Assembly: GCA_945898045.1 (NCBI GenBank)
Contig: CAMDGG010000001.1
Coordinates: 36,148 to 100,147, forward strand
Direction of reading: 5' to 3'
DNA length: 64,000 bases
Origin: a bacterium UBP8_UBA817
Lineage (GTDB): Bacteria > Margulisbacteria > Marinamargulisbacteria > SXXA01 > SICP01
This document shows, piece after piece, positions 44,761 to 56,214 of the stretch. The position numbers and the translations under genes were made by a program. Numbering within the stretch: the first letter of the stretch is position 1; each line of letters begins with the position of its first letter. Under the pieces are notes generated by a model. That model saw nothing but the letters and a program-made list of their open reading frames with translations, was not told the DNA's origin and made no database searches.

Positions 44761-46053
44761 ATGAAAATACTTGAGAATAAGCGTCATGGTTTTACAGTAG
44801 ATCTTACGATTGAAGTGCCGGTTGAAGCGATTGACAATGGATTAGAAAAAGCGTTTAGACAGCTGTCAAAATCAGCTCGGATTCCCGGATTCAGAAAAGG
44901 GAAAATTCCAAGAGGTCTTTTTGAAAAACATTATGGTACGGATGTCTTGGTTCAAGAGAGCCTTCCTGATGTCATTAACCACTCCTATACAACGGCTGTT
45001 TCTGAGTTAGATCTTCCGGTTGTTGATTTCCCTAAAAATGTTCAGATCCCGCCTTACGAGCCTGGGATTTCGCTTGTTTTCACATGCTCAGTGGATGTAG
45101 AGCCTGAAGTAAAACTAGGCAAATATAAGGGCCTTAAAGCGACACGCACATCAGACAAAGCACCCGCTTCTAAACTTGATGAACAAATTCAAGAACTTCG
45201 TGAAAATTATGCTGATTATGTCGCTGGAGAACATCCTGCTCAGGATCAAGATATTTTGCTTTGTAACGTAAAAGCGACTGTTGATGGCGAACTTGTACAA
45301 GCTTGGAGCCGAGATAATGTCGGCGTTAAATTAGGCGCTGGCTATTTTGGCGAAGAGTTTGATAAGGCGTTATTGGGTCTTCAGAAAGAAACCGACACGT
45401 CTTTTTCTGCTTCTTTCCCTGAGGATTTTTATCAAAAAGATGTGGCCGGTAAAACAGTTCAGTTTGATGTCCATGTAGTTGAAGTACGTCAAAAAACACT
45501 TCCTGAATTGGATGATGCGTTCGCAGAAAAAGTGGGCCAACTTCCAACGATGGATGCGCTTCGTGATCGCATTCGTGAAAACCTAGATGCACAAGCCAAA
45601 CAAGAAAGTGAAGAAAAACTTCGTGCGGATTTAATGGAAGCCATTATCCAAGACATGACTGTTGATATTCCAGCAGCCATGATCGAGCGTGAAATGGACC
45701 ATTCTTTGTCACAATTCAAAACGTCTATGGAACGCCAATCCTACATGAAATTTGACCAGTATTTACAAGCCACTGGCAAAACAAAAGAAGCGATTCGGGA
45801 AGAGTTTAGAGATAGCGCAACCACTCGCGTTAAATCTGAGCTAGCTTTAAAAGCCATTGCAGAAAAAGAATCTGTAACGGTCAGTGACGAAGATTTAGAT
45901 GCGCAGATTAAAGAGTGGAATACACCAGAGATTCAAAGCTTGGAAGACTACAAAAAACATCCTAAAGCAGATACGCTTGAGAACTTGACCTTTATGGTGA
46001 AGCAGAAAAAGATATTTGATTTTATTATTGCGCAGTCCAAAATTTCTGTATAA
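44761..46053 (+). CDS. tig: Trigger factor
   Basis: [10 protein letters not shown] ribosome-binding motif, FKBP-like middle region, and position upstream of clpP-clpX. Confidence 0.96.
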   Translation: MKILENKRHGFTVDLTIEVPVEAIDNGLEKAFRQLSKSARIPGFRKGKIPRGLFEKHYGTDVLVQESLPDVINHSYTTAVSELDLPVVDFPKNVQIPPYEPGISLVFTCSVDVEPEVKLGKYKGLKATRTSDKAPASKLDEQIQELRENYADYVAGEHPAQDQDILLCNVKATVDGELVQAWSRDNVGVKLGAGYFGEEFDKALLGLQKETDTSFSASFPEDFYQKDVAGKTVQFDVHVVEVRQKTLPELDDAFAEKVGQLPTMDALRDRIRENLDAQAKQESEEKLRADLMEAIIQDMTVDIPAAMIEREMDHSLSQFKTSMERQSYMKFDQYLQATGKTKEAIREEFRDSATTRVKSELALKAIAEKESVTVSDEDLDAQIKEWNTPEIQSLEDYKKHPKADTLENLTFMVKQKKIFDFIIAQSKISV

Positions 46054-46067
46054 AGGGGAATCAGCTT

Positions 46068-46676
46068 ATGTCAATTTTAGTGCCTACCGTTATCGAACAA
46101 ACTGGACGTGGAGAGCGTGCGTACGATATTTACTCTCGCCTTCTTAAAGAACGTATTATTTTTTTAACAGATGCGATTGATGACGTTGTTGCAAACAACA
46201 TTATTGCCCAGCTTCTATTTTTAGAGTCTGAAGATTCTGACCGTGAAGCGTATATGTACATTAATAGTCCTGGCGGCGTTGTAACGGCTGGCCTTGCGAT
46301 TTATGACACGATGCAATACCTCAAGACCCCTGTCTCAACTATTTGTATGGGACAAGCGGCCTCTATGGGTGCATTCTTGCTGGCTGCCGGCGCAAAAGGT
46401 AAACGCTATGCGTTGCCACATGCTCGGATTATGATTCACCAACCGTTGGGTGGTGCACAAGGCCAAGCCACTGACATTGAAATCCAAACCAAAGAAATAT
46501 TACGCATTAAGCGTACGCTTAACGAGCTTTTGGCACACCATACAGGTCAACCTGTTAAGAAAGTAGAAAAAGACACTGACCGTGATAACTACATGATCGC
46601 AGAAGAAGCGTTAGCATATGGCCTCATCGATGAAATCATTACATCCCCTTCTAAGGCTGAGAAGCTGAAGAAATAA
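46068..46676 (+). CDS. clpP: ATP-dependent Clp protease proteolytic subunit
   Basis: [32 protein letters not shown] (Ser), MIHQP (His), DRD. Confidence 0.98.
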   Translation: MSILVPTVIEQTGRGERAYDIYSRLLKERIIFLTDAIDDVVANNIIAQLLFLESEDSDREAYMYINSPGGVVTAGLAIYDTMQYLKTPVSTICMGQAASMGAFLLAAGAKGKRYALPHARIMIHQPLGGAQGQATDIEIQTKEILRIKRTLNELLAHHTGQPVKKVEKDTDRDNYMIAEEALAYGLIDEIITSPSKAEKLKK

Positions 46677-48022
46677 TGACCGAAACAACGTCGGGAAACA
46701 CAGGTATTTCCTGCTCTTTTTGTGGCAAACCTCAGAATATGGTGGACCGGCTTATTGTCGGTCCCGGTGTGTATATTTGTGATGAATGCGTGGGCGTTTG
46801 CAACTCGGTTATCAATGAAGACCAAGGTCCTGCCAACGCGACCGTAGGCGCACAAGACAAAAAAGAACCGAGCTTCAAGGCTGAAGAGGCTATGACGTTA
46901 CCGCCGCCTAAAGAGATTAACAAGACGTTGAGTCAGCATATTATTGGTCAGGATTTGGCCAAACGCATTATTTCTGTTGCGGTTTACAATCACTATAAGC
47001 GGCTCTATATGAAGACGCCGATTCTCCCCGAAACAGAGCTCCAAAAGAGTAATATCTTGTTGATTGGTGCGACGGGAACTGGCAAGACATTGTTCGCGCA
47101 GACGTTGGCAAAATTATTAAATGTTCCGTTTACTATTGCAGATGCTACGACATTAACTGAAGCTGGCTATGTTGGTGAAGATGTAGAAGGCATGTTGTTT
47201 CGACTGCTTCAAATTGCCAATAATGATTTGGATAAAGCACAACGCGGTATTGTGTACATCGATGAAATAGATAAGATTAGTAGAAAGTCAGAAAATCCGT
47301 CTATTACGCGTGATGTTTCTGGGGAAGGCGTCCAACAAGCGCTTTTAAAAATGCTTGAAGGTACGACCGTAAATGTCCCTACAAAGGGCGGTCGTAAAAA
47401 CCCTCAGCAAGAATTTATTTCAGTAGATACGTCTAATATTTTATTTATTACAGGTGGTGCTTTTGTAGGTATCGATCAGGTCATTCAAGCGCGTCTCAAT
47501 GAAAAGAATTTAGGATTTTTAACTGAAACCCAAAAAGCAGATCCCATAGAAAAGAGTAAACTTTACGAACAAATTCAGCCAGAAGATTTGCAGAAATTCG
47601 GCATCATTCCAGAGCTTATCGGCCGGCTTCCTATTTTGGCCCCTCTTCATGAACTTGATGAAGCAGCGTTAGTCCAGATTTTGACTGAGCCCAAAAATGC
47701 GGTTACCAAACAATTCCAAAAATTGATGGCCATGGACAATATAGATTTGTCTTTTGATGAAGGTGCTTTGAAGCGTATCGCAAAAATTGCAGCGACTCGA
47801 AAGGTCGGTGCGCGTGCATTGCGTGCCATTGTCGAAGAACTTATGCTTGATTTTATGTATGAAGGACCTAGTTCCGAAAAATCTATAATCGTCATTACTG
47901 CTGAGATTGTAGATAAGTATATTGAAACTAAGATCCCCAAAAAGATTCGGGAACGGATTCAAGAAGAACTTCGTAAAGACGCTGAGACTACGGCTAAAGT
48001 TTTGAATCGAGAAGCGGCGTAG
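46676..48022 (+). CDS. clpX: ATP-dependent Clp protease ATP-binding subunit
   Basis: CSFCGK..ICDEC zinc finger, [45 protein letters not shown]. Confidence 0.98.
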   Translation: MTETTSGNTGISCSFCGKPQNMVDRLIVGPGVYICDECVGVCNSVINEDQGPANATVGAQDKKEPSFKAEEAMTLPPPKEINKTLSQHIIGQDLAKRIISVAVYNHYKRLYMKTPILPETELQKSNILLIGATGTGKTLFAQTLAKLLNVPFTIADATTLTEAGYVGEDVEGMLFRLLQIANNDLDKAQRGIVYIDEIDKISRKSENPSITRDVSGEGVQQALLKMLEGTTVNVPTKGGRKNPQQEFISVDTSNILFITGGAFVGIDQVIQARLNEKNLGFLTETQKADPIEKSKLYEQIQPEDLQKFGIIPELIGRLPILAPLHELDEAALVQILTEPKNAVTKQFQKLMAMDNIDLSFDEGALKRIAKIAATRKVGARALRAIVEELMLDFMYEGPSSEKSIIVITAEIVDKYIETKIPKKIRERIQEELRKDAETTAKVLNREAA

Positions 48023-48620
48023 TTTTTAACGCCTGAATAACTTCTTCGGCTGTCTTTCTGGGGAGAATTCCTTTTGAAAAGAAGGGAGCATATGTTTTCG
48101 GGAGATCTCCAAAATAATCTTCAGAGTTTGCAAGATGCAGGATCCCTTGCAAGATAAAATACTCTCGATATTTTTTGAGGGTTAGCCCACAGACTTTTAC
48201 GTCCTCTGTATAAAGCTCATAGGGACTAAAATAGGATTGGCAGAATTGCAGGTTTTTTTCTACGCCCTGAGTTTCTTTTAACTCGGCATAGACCTCACAC
48301 GTTTTGAGGGAAGTTTGAATCCACTCTGTGATTCGATAGAGCTTTTCTTTTAATTTTGAGGGAAAATCGGGGTCATCAAGTTGGGCCATTACCGTTATGA
48401 CAACATCTCCTGGACTGTGAAATACAATACCGCCACCTGTTATCCGGGTTGAATGATCCAGATGATGTAGATCTTCTGGTAAGGGTCTTTTTTCTGGATA
48501 GGTAATGCCTGGGGTTTGCCATTCGTATATACGAATACACCGTTCTTTCTTAGCAAGAAGCGTTTCATCGAACCGCATATTTTAAGAAGCTGATTTAAAA
48601 GAGTCATAATAAACTTTCAT
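47994..48620 (-). CDS. Lipoate-protein ligase A / octanoyltransferase-like protein with an in-frame TAA at codon 13 (intact frame 47994-48578)
   Basis: [21 protein letters not shown]...IRIYEW...[10 protein letters not shown]...[10 protein letters not shown]...KVCG...QG. The ATG at 48620 overlaps the tsaC stop. Confidence 0.75.
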
Positions 48621-49156
48621 CGGATTTTCTGGGGTTTATTTTGTGTTAAATCGATAATCGTAGAAGCACTACTCAGATGTTTTATACTTGGGAAAATAAA
48701 GTCTACTTGTTGTCGCAATTCGACCTGTACTTCTTCTAAAGATTTTGGGAATGGTTGGCCTGCAAAATTGGCACTAGTAGAAAAAATAGGCTGACCTACT
48801 TCTACTAGTATCTGTTGCAGGAAAGCGTCTTGTGGAACGCGAATGGCAATGGTATTTTTTCCGCCTGTCATCCAGTTTGGAACTGTCTTTTTTTTGGAGA
48901 AAACAAAGGTCGTAGGCCCTGGCCATGAAGAAAGAATAAGTTGCTCATGTACGGGGTTAATTTCGGCATAGTTTTGCACCTCTTCAAAACTGGACATAAG
49001 ACATAAAAAGGGCTTTTCTTGTGAGCGTTTTTTAATGAGATTTAGTCGTGTCGCTGTCGCTTGCGTTACGATGGCAACTAGGCCCCAGAGCGTGTCACAA
49101 GGAATAATACCGATTTCTTCTTTTAAGAGGCGGCTGGCGCACTCAGAAGGCGTCAT
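48617..49156 (-). CDS. tsaC: L-threonylcarbamoyladenylate synthase (Sua5/YrdC family)
   Basis: IPCDTLWGL, IKKRSQEKP, WPGPTT, TIAIRVP, STSAN, ASTIIDL. Confidence 0.9.
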   Translation of the reverse strand: MTPSECASRLLKEEIGIIPCDTLWGLVAIVTQATATRLNLIKKRSQEKPFLCLMSSFEEVQNYAEINPVHEQLILSSWPGPTTFVFSKKKTVPNWMTGGKNTIAIRVPQDAFLQQILVEVGQPIFSTSANFAGQPFPKSLEEVQVELRQQVDFIFPSIKHLSSASTIIDLTQNKPQKIR

Positions 49157-50609
49157 GCGGGCTCAGTAATCCAGATTGAACTTTGGACTCTATATCTTCT
49201 TGAAATGAAATATAGTCTGCTTCTTTTATAAACTGTTTGGGATCATTCAAGGCCTCGCGAGAGGGTGTTTTTGTGACACACGATAGGCTTTCTGTGAGTA
49301 GAATACGCCCTTGAAATCCAGTGTAATGACACGTGACGCAGCCTGCATGCTTGCATTCTGGACATAGTTTTCGCACGAGTCGTTGCGACACAATGCCTCT
49401 TAGCGCATGGCCTACTAAAAAAGGATCTAGATCAAAAGTAGAAAGACGCATCAGTGTTGATTCGCAGTCTCCAGTATGTAGCGTTGAAAGCACGAGATGG
49501 CCAGTATACGCCGCCTCAATAGCAATCTGTGCCGTTTGCTTGTCACGTATCTCTCCAATCATGATAATGTCGGGATCTTGCCTTAAAACGGCCTTTAGCC
49601 CTTTTGCAAAATCATAGCCAATTTTGGGATTGATTTGCGATTGGCGTACGCCTTCTAAAATACTTTCTACAGGATCTTCCAATGTCACAATGGTTTTATT
49701 TTGTGTGTGAAGTAGATGAGACAATGCGGCATAAAGTGTGGTTGTTTTTCCTGAACCTGTCGGACCTGTTACTAAAATGAGGCCGTTTGGTTGCTTTAGC
49801 ATTTCTCGAAACTGGGTCTCTATTTTAACTGAAAGTCCCAGAGATTTTATTTGGAATGAAGTCCCTGATTGATTGAAAATTCTCAGAACAAAATCTTCTC
49901 CATAGACTGTTGGAAGTGAGGCCACTCGAATATCGTATTCATTGCCTCGATAGGTCATGTGAAGACGTCCATCTTGGGGTTGTGTCACTACTGAAATATC
50001 CATTTGTGCATGAAACTTAATGAGTGCGTGTAGTTGGGATTCTTCTTTGCCTGTATAGGCTTGAAATGCATAGAGTTGCCCATGCAAGCGAAATTTCACT
50101 TGGGTTTTTTGATTTAGTTTAAAGATATGAATATCTGACGCTTGTTTGTAAATCGCCGCTTCTATGATGGTATTTAGAATTGAGACGGGCTCTTTTGCAA
50201 GTGTTCCGTCTAAGTAGTCTTCTAATTTCAAAACAGGTATTGGAATTTTCTGAATTGGCTTTTGAAATTGTTTTTCTAAGATGTCACAAATGGGATTGAA
50301 GGGATTATCTAGGACAATGCATAGGGCATCTTCGGTTTCATAAATGGGGTAAAAACGGTGTTGTCGATAGAGACCCCTTTCGAATTTTGTATGCAACTCA
50401 TTATCAGGAAATAGATGGGTCGTTGGTTGCAAGATATCGGGATGATGTCGCCTTGCCCAGTCTACAAGCTGGTCTTCTGGAAGATTATATTGGTCTCTGA
50501 GTATTTGAAAAATCTGGTGGTCAGAAAGTGGCCGTAGCGTTTCTACTACGACCGGATCCAGCACTTTTTCTTGTTGAACGTGTTTAAAAAATGGGCTTTG
50601 TGTTGTCAC
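49143..50609 (-). CDS. Type IV pilus / type II secretion assembly ATPase (PilB/GspE family)
   Basis: ASDIHI, PQDGR, GPTGSGKTTTLY, TLEDPVE, LRQDPDIIMIGEIRD, TGHLVLSTLH, and a compact CPEC..GC..C zinc site. Confidence 0.93.
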   Translation of the reverse strand: MTTQSPFFKHVQQEKVLDPVVVETLRPLSDHQIFQILRDQYNLPEDQLVDWARRHHPDILQPTTHLFPDNELHTKFERGLYRQHRFYPIYETEDALCIVLDNPFNPICDILEKQFQKPIQKIPIPVLKLEDYLDGTLAKEPVSILNTIIEAAIYKQASDIHIFKLNQKTQVKFRLHGQLYAFQAYTGKEESQLHALIKFHAQMDISVVTQPQDGRLHMTYRGNEYDIRVASLPTVYGEDFVLRIFNQSGTSFQIKSLGLSVKIETQFREMLKQPNGLILVTGPTGSGKTTTLYAALSHLLHTQNKTIVTLEDPVESILEGVRQSQINPKIGYDFAKGLKAVLRQDPDIIMIGEIRDKQTAQIAIEAAYTGHLVLSTLHTGDCESTLMRLSTFDLDPFLVGHALRGIVSQRLVRKLCPECKHAGCVTCHYTGFQGRILLTESLSCVTKTPSREALNDPKQFIKEADYISFQEDIESKVQSGLLSPHDAF

Positions 50610-50621
50610 GAAGACCCCACG

Positions 50622-51665
50622 TTATTCTGAGATCAATACTTTCTTGAGAATGTCTATTTCATCCAATGCAATTCCTGTTCCTAATGCCACGCATTCTAAC
50701 GGAGAATTGGCGATACGTACTGCGATGTCTGTTTCGGCTTGGATATATTGATCGAGTCCACGTAAGTAAGCGCCGCCGCCTGCAAGTGTAATGCCTCTGT
50801 CCATGATGTCGGAGGATAATTCTGGAGGTGTTTTTTCTAAAGTGGTACGAATTCCTTCTACAATAATTTTAACGGTATCTCTCAATGCTTCTCTGATTTC
50901 GCTACTGGTCAGTGTAAATGTTTTGGGTAGTCCAGAAACCAAGTCACGTCCTCTAATATCTAGCGTCTGCTCTTCTCCTGTTTCGAAGGCAGATCCTAAT
51001 TTTATTTTGATTTCTTCTGCAGTTCTTTCTCCGATTAAAAGACGATAGTTATCTCTGCAATGATTGATAATGGCTTCATCCATTTCGTCGCCCGCAACAC
51101 GAATTGACTTAGAAACAACAATGCCGCCCAGAGAAATAACAGCGACTTCCGTTGTTCCACCACCGATGTCTACAATCATGCTTCCTGCAGGATCCGACAC
51201 AGGTAGATTTGCACCAATAGCGGCTGCCATAGGCTCTTCGATTAGATACGCTTCTTTTGCTCCAGCATGATACGTGGCATCTAACACCGCACGCTTTTCA
51301 ACGCCCGTAATGCCCGACGGCACGCCTACAATAATGCGTGGTCTTGCAAAGAACATGTTGCCTGGGAGTGCTTTACGAATAAAGTATTTAAGCATTGTTT
51401 CTGTTACATCGAAATCAGCAATAACGCCGTCTCGTAATGGACGAACAGCTACTACATTTCCTGGCGTTCTACCGATCATGCGTTTGGCTTCATCACCAAC
51501 CGCTAGAACGATATTTCGTTTGTTATCGAGCGCAACAACAGACGGCTCTTGAATGATAACGCCTTGTCCTTGTGCGTAAACTAACGTATTGGCTGTACCT
51601 AAATCGATGCCTAAATCACAATTTAAATTGGGGAAAAAACGTGTTAATAGTTGGAATTTTCTCAT
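50622..51665 (-). CDS. mreB: Rod shape-determining protein MreB
   Basis: [43 protein letters not shown]. Confidence 0.97.
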   Translation of the reverse strand: MRKFQLLTRFFPNLNCDLGIDLGTANTLVYAQGQGVIIQEPSVVALDNKRNIVLAVGDEAKRMIGRTPGNVVAVRPLRDGVIADFDVTETMLKYFIRKALPGNMFFARPRIIVGVPSGITGVEKRAVLDATYHAGAKEAYLIEEPMAAAIGANLPVSDPAGSMIVDIGGGTTEVAVISLGGIVVSKSIRVAGDEMDEAIINHCRDNYRLLIGERTAEEIKIKLGSAFETGEEQTLDIRGRDLVSGLPKTFTLTSSEIREALRDTVKIIVEGIRTTLEKTPPELSSDIMDRGITLAGGGAYLRGLDQYIQAETDIAVRIANSPLECVALGTGIALDEIDILKKVLISE

Positions 51666-51706
51666 GAGTGCTATCCTTTATTTATAAAAATGTATGCGGT
51701 TCGGGA

Positions 51707-52687
51707 TTATACCAGGTCCAAATACGCTTGGCTATTGAGATAGGTCTTGACGTAATCTTGAACGGCTTCTTCTAACGGTCTGCACCTTATGGGGCATCCT
51801 GCGTCCTGGAGCTTCGTCATACTGGCTTGGGTAAAATATTGGTATTGGCTTTGTATAGATTCTGGCATGGGGATATAGGTTATATTTGGCGTGATATTCA
51901 TGGCTGCAAATACGGCCGATGCCAACTCGTTCCATGTGCGCGCTTGCCCTGTACCGATGTTAAAAACACCATGACACGTTGGGGTATTTAGCAGCCACCA
52001 CATGATTTCCACACAGTCTTTCACATATACAAAATCTCGTTTTTGACCGCCATCGACATAGTCCGTTCGATACGATTTGAAAAGTTTAATTTCGCCTGTT
52101 TCTAGAATTTGTTTATGTGCCTTGCAGACGACACTACGCATGTCATCTTTATGATATTCGTTGGGCCCAAAGACATTAAAAAATTTAAGTCCCACGATAT
52201 TTTTTGAGAGGCCCGATCGCATAGCTTGCAAGTCAAAAAATTGCTTTGAATATCCATATCGGTTAATGGGTCTGAGCGCCGACAGCTTATCTATATTATC
52301 TTCAAAACCGTTTTCGCCATTACCATAGGTTGCGGCACTACTTGCATAAATAAATCTGACATCATTGTCGACACACCATTCAGCCAAAATTTGTGTGTAT
52401 CGGTAATTATTTTCCATGAGATAATCCGCATCTAATTCTGTAGTCGCAGAACATGCCCCCATATGCACGATGGCCTCTATATCGGATTCGTCGTAATCAC
52501 CGTCGATCAGCCTTTCTATAAAAACATCTTTATGAATATAGTCGGCATAAGATAGCCCCACTAGATTACGCCACTTCTCTGAAGTTTTTAATGTATCTAC
52601 AATGAGGATGTCCTCTCGGCCTTCTTGATTACACTTCCAGACAAAAGCACTGCCAATAAATCCTGCACCACCGGTTACTATGATCAT
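51707..52687 (-). CDS. hldD: ADP-L-glycero-D-manno-heptose 6-epimerase
   Basis: MIIVTGGAGFIGS, HMGACSATT, YASSAATYG, YGYSK, FFNVFGPNEYHK, RDFVYVKD. GGAGG RBS before ATG 52687. Confidence 0.95.
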   Translation of the reverse strand: MIIVTGGAGFIGSAFVWKCNQEGREDILIVDTLKTSEKWRNLVGLSYADYIHKDVFIERLIDGDYDESDIEAIVHMGACSATTELDADYLMENNYRYTQILAEWCVDNDVRFIYASSAATYGNGENGFEDNIDKLSALRPINRYGYSKQFFDLQAMRSGLSKNIVGLKFFNVFGPNEYHKDDMRSVVCKAHKQILETGEIKLFKSYRTDYVDGGQKRDFVYVKDCVEIMWWLLNTPTCHGVFNIGTGQARTWNELASAVFAAMNITPNITYIPMPESIQSQYQYFTQASMTKLQDAGCPIRCRPLEEAVQDYVKTYLNSQAYLDLV

Positions 52688-52752
52688 GATTTTTCCTCCA
52701 TAATATCGTGGGCATAGAATTACGTATTTACACATACGGGGTCAAGGGTTAC

Positions 52753-52781
52753 TTGACGAGCAAAGGGGGGGCTGTTACTAT
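52753..52781 (+). promoter_or_regulatory. Sigma-70 promoter of the nusA-infB operon
   Basis: TTGACG-17 nt-TACTAT with an extended TG. Confidence 0.7.
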
Positions 52782-52807
52782 TCGAAGCTGTTTTTAGACA
52801 CTTCTCG

Positions 52808-52832
52808 AAAAGTGGGGGTTTCCCGCTTTTTT
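52808..52832 (+). promoter_or_regulatory. rimP-leader-like attenuator hairpin
   Basis: AAAAGTGGG-GGTTT-CCCGCTTTTTT in the 5' UTR of nusA. It matches the AGTGGG...CCC(A/G)CT-U-tract pattern of rimP/nusA operon leaders. Confidence 0.7.
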
Positions 52833-52887
52833 GCTATTTATGAGCTAAAATTCGCACTAACATACTTCAAACTCTCGAGGAATTCAG

Positions 52888-54240
52888 ATGATTGTAATTG
52901 ACAACTTTAACCAGGTGTTGGCTCAAATTGAGTCTGAGCGTGGCATTGCTCGTTCTGTTATTATTTCGGCTATTGAGCAAGCACTTGTTTCTGCATGTAG
53001 ACGGAAATTCCATGACGAAACTATCTTAAACGCTCATCTAGACCCCCTTTCTGGCGAAGCCAATATTTATCACCACAAGATCGTTGTTACCACACCAGAA
53101 AATCCAGACATGGAAATCTCTTTAGAAGAGGCCATTTTGGTAGATAGTGACGCTAAGATTGGTGGCGAAGTTTTGTTTGATGTAACACCTACTGACTTCG
53201 GACGCATCGCAGCACAAACCGCTAAGCAAGTTATCATTCAACGGATACGAGAAGCCGAAAAAACCGTTATTTTTGACGAGTTTCAAGAGAAAATCGATAC
53301 GATTATTACGGGTACAGTTCAGCGTGTTGAGAATAGAAACTATCTTATTAATTTAGGCCGTGTTGAAGCGATTTTATTTAGCCGTGATCAAATACCTGGA
53401 GAACTCTTTCAAACAAAAGAAAAAATTCGGGTGTATGTCATAGGCGTAGATAAAAATTCTCGTGGAACCTTTATTCAAATTTCACGTACACACCCTGGGT
53501 TTTTAAAGAAATTATTTGAACTTGAAATTCCTGAAATTCAAGATGGCATTATTGAAATCATGAGTATTGCCAGGGAACCAGGACAACGCTCTAAAATTGC
53601 GGTCAAAACCAATAACCCTGCGATTGGTGCTGTTGGTACGTGTGTTGGACATATGGGAAGCCGGATTCAGTCTATTATTAGAGAATTGGGTAATGAGAAA
53701 ATTGATGTTTTGGAGTGGGATACAAATCCAGCTACCTTTATTGCTAATGCATTAAAACCTGCAAAAATTAGTCGTGTTGTGATCAAAGATGATGTTAATA
53801 AATCTGCGGTTGTTGTTGTGCCTAACGATCAACTCTCACTTGCTATTGGCAAGAATGGCATTAACGTTCGTCTTTCCGTAAAATTAACCGATTGGAAATT
53901 AGACATTCTAAGCGAAACTGATTTTGCACCACGCGAAGCTGAAATTATGGGACAGGCACGTCTTTCTTTGATGGAAAAAGTTCAGCTTGAGAAAGAAAAA
54001 ATAAAGGAAGTAGCAGCGGCTGCGCCAGAGCCTATCGTCACACATTTTAAACTAGCCCCAGAACCTGAAGAAGAGGACGCCGGACTTAAGGTATCGGAAC
54101 TTGCTAAGCTTCTTAAGATAAAAACCAAAGATTTGATTGATGAGGCGAAAAAGGTAAATGTTGAAATCAGCACTATTCGGAGCATTTTAACTCCTGATCA
54201 GGTTGAACATTTGAAAGCTTACTATAATAACAAGCGGTAA
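52888..54240 (+). CDS. nusA: Transcription termination/antitermination factor NusA (with extra C-terminal IF2-N-like HTH)
   Basis: FGRIAAQTAKQVIIQRIREAE, S1 and KH domains, AREPGQRSKIAV, QLSLAIGKNGINVRL. Confidence 0.97.
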   Translation: MIVIDNFNQVLAQIESERGIARSVIISAIEQALVSACRRKFHDETILNAHLDPLSGEANIYHHKIVVTTPENPDMEISLEEAILVDSDAKIGGEVLFDVTPTDFGRIAAQTAKQVIIQRIREAEKTVIFDEFQEKIDTIITGTVQRVENRNYLINLGRVEAILFSRDQIPGELFQTKEKIRVYVIGVDKNSRGTFIQISRTHPGFLKKLFELEIPEIQDGIIEIMSIAREPGQRSKIAVKTNNPAIGAVGTCVGHMGSRIQSIIRELGNEKIDVLEWDTNPATFIANALKPAKISRVVIKDDVNKSAVVVVPNDQLSLAIGKNGINVRLSVKLTDWKLDILSETDFAPREAEIMGQARLSLMEKVQLEKEKIKEVAAAAPEPIVTHFKLAPEPEEEDAGLKVSELAKLLKIKTKDLIDEAKKVNVEISTIRSILTPDQVEHLKAYYNNKR

Positions 54241-54261
54241 TTAGTTAAAAGGATCCTAATT

Positions 54262-56214
54262 GTGAAAGTTTTTGATTTAGCTAAAAAGCTAGGAACATCT
54301 CCAAAAGAACTCATTCGGTTTCTTGCTGATGTCGATATTAAAGTTAAGTCCCCTAACACCAAACTTTCATCTGTTGTTGTTGACCAAGTACAAGGTCTTT
54401 TTAAGGGTGAAACTCCTGAAGACAAGGCCAGTGAAGTTCGCATTGTCACTTTTGATGGCGATCATTTAACCGTTCAAGAACTTTGTGATCTCACCCAGGT
54501 AAGCTTGGGCGATGTCATGAGAGCTACACTTAAACGTGGACTTCTAGTAAATCTTAACTCTGATCTTGATTTACAAACGCTGCATGATCTGGCTTCTGAT
54601 TTTAATGTTATTCTAGAAAGTTCTGATGCCGAAGTAGCCTCAGCAGCGCGTACGCTTCGTGAAAATATTCATGAAATGGTGAATGAAAAAGACAATGAAG
54701 AAGGCCAAGTTGAGCGGCCTCCGGTTATTACAATTATGGGCCACGTCGATCATGGCAAAACATTATTGTTGGATACGATTCGAAAATCCAATGTCATTGA
54801 TACAGAAGCAGGGGGCATCACCCAACATATTGGGGCTTATCAAGTAGACGTGTCTGGTAAAAAATTAACTTTCTTGGATACGCCTGGTCACGAGGCATTT
54901 ACCGCATTGAGAGCCCGTGGGGCACAAGTAACGGATATTGTTATTTTGGTTGTTGCTGCAGACGAAGGCTTAAAACCTCAAACGATAGAAGCTATTGACC
55001 ATGCTAAAGCCGCCGAGGTGCCTATCATTGTTGCTATCAATAAAATTGATAAGCCAGACGCCGATATTGATCGCGTTAAACAACAACTTACAGAACATGA
55101 ACTTGTTGCGGAAGAATGGGGTGGCAAAACCATTATGGTGCCTATTTCTGCTAAACAAAATCAAGGTATTGATACGCTACTTGAAATGGTTATCTTGGTT
55201 GCTGATATGTTAGAGCTCAAAACCAGTGTGGATCGTCTCGCCAAAGGCGTGGTTATCGAGGCAAAATTGTCCCGCAAAAAAGGACCTATCGCGACGATTC
55301 TTGTGAAGACGGGTACATTGCGTGTGGGCGACCATTTCGTCATTGGTCATACTTATGGAAAAGTCCGCGCTTTAATTAATGATCATGGGGAGACTGTGAC
55401 TGAAGTCCTTCCTGGTACACCGGTTGAAATTTTAGGCGTTTCAGAAGTGCCTAGCCCTGGTAGTCTTTTAGAAGTCTGCGAAAATGAAAAAGCGTGTAAA
55501 GAGTTAGTAGAAGAAAGACTGTCTGAAGCCTACGCTTCTCGTACTAAACATGTGTCTCTCTCTTCTTTGTCTCAACAAATCCAAGAGGGTGAAGTTCAGA
55601 CATTGAACCTGATTGTTAAATCCGATGTTCATGGTTCTTTGGAAGCTATTGTCGCTTCGATTAATCAAATTGTTTCCGATAAAGTTTCTGTTCGTGTGAT
55701 TCACGCAGCGACCGGCGAAGTCAACGAAAACGACATTATGTTAGCGGTTGCATCTTCTGCCATTATTATTGGATTTCATGTTGAGCTACGACCTGAAGCG
55801 GCTAAAATTGCGCTTGATGAAGATGTTGAGATTAAAACCTACGATATTATTTATGAAATTATGGACGATATTAAAAAATCGATTCAAGGTCTTTTCAAAC
55901 CTGAGTTTGAAGAAGTGGAGACGGCTAGAATTGAAATCCGTCAGCTTTTCAAATTTTCTAAAGTGGGTGTTATTGCAGGATCTTATGTTCTTTCTGGCAA
56001 AGTAGTACGCAATAATATGGCGTATGTTTTACGCGGAAAAACAGAGATTTATCGTGGCAAAATTGAGTCTTTAAAGCGCTTTAAAGAAGATGTTAAAGAA
56101 GTCGCTTCAGGATTTGAATGCGGCCTTGTTTTGCAAGATTTTAATGGCCTTGCCGAGGGCGATATTGTGGTCTGTTTAACTAGGCAAGAAAAGCACGTCC
56201 AGAAACTGGCCTAA
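54262..56214 (+). CDS. infB: Translation initiation factor IF-2
   Basis: [57 protein letters not shown]. Confidence 0.98.
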   Translation: MKVFDLAKKLGTSPKELIRFLADVDIKVKSPNTKLSSVVVDQVQGLFKGETPEDKASEVRIVTFDGDHLTVQELCDLTQVSLGDVMRATLKRGLLVNLNSDLDLQTLHDLASDFNVILESSDAEVASAARTLRENIHEMVNEKDNEEGQVERPPVITIMGHVDHGKTLLLDTIRKSNVIDTEAGGITQHIGAYQVDVSGKKLTFLDTPGHEAFTALRARGAQVTDIVILVVAADEGLKPQTIEAIDHAKAAEVPIIVAINKIDKPDADIDRVKQQLTEHELVAEEWGGKTIMVPISAKQNQGIDTLLEMVILVADMLELKTSVDRLAKGVVIEAKLSRKKGPIATILVKTGTLRVGDHFVIGHTYGKVRALINDHGETVTEVLPGTPVEILGVSEVPSPGSLLEVCENEKACKELVEERLSEAYASRTKHVSLSSLSQQIQEGEVQTLNLIVKSDVHGSLEAIVASINQIVSDKVSVRVIHAATGEVNENDIMLAVASSAIIIGFHVELRPEAAKIALDEDVEIKTYDIIYEIMDDIKKSIQGLFKPEFEEVETARIEIRQLFKFSKVGVIAGSYVLSGKVVRNNMAYVLRGKTEIYRGKIESLKRFKEDVKEVASGFECGLVLQDFNGLAEGDIVVCLTRQEKHVQKLA

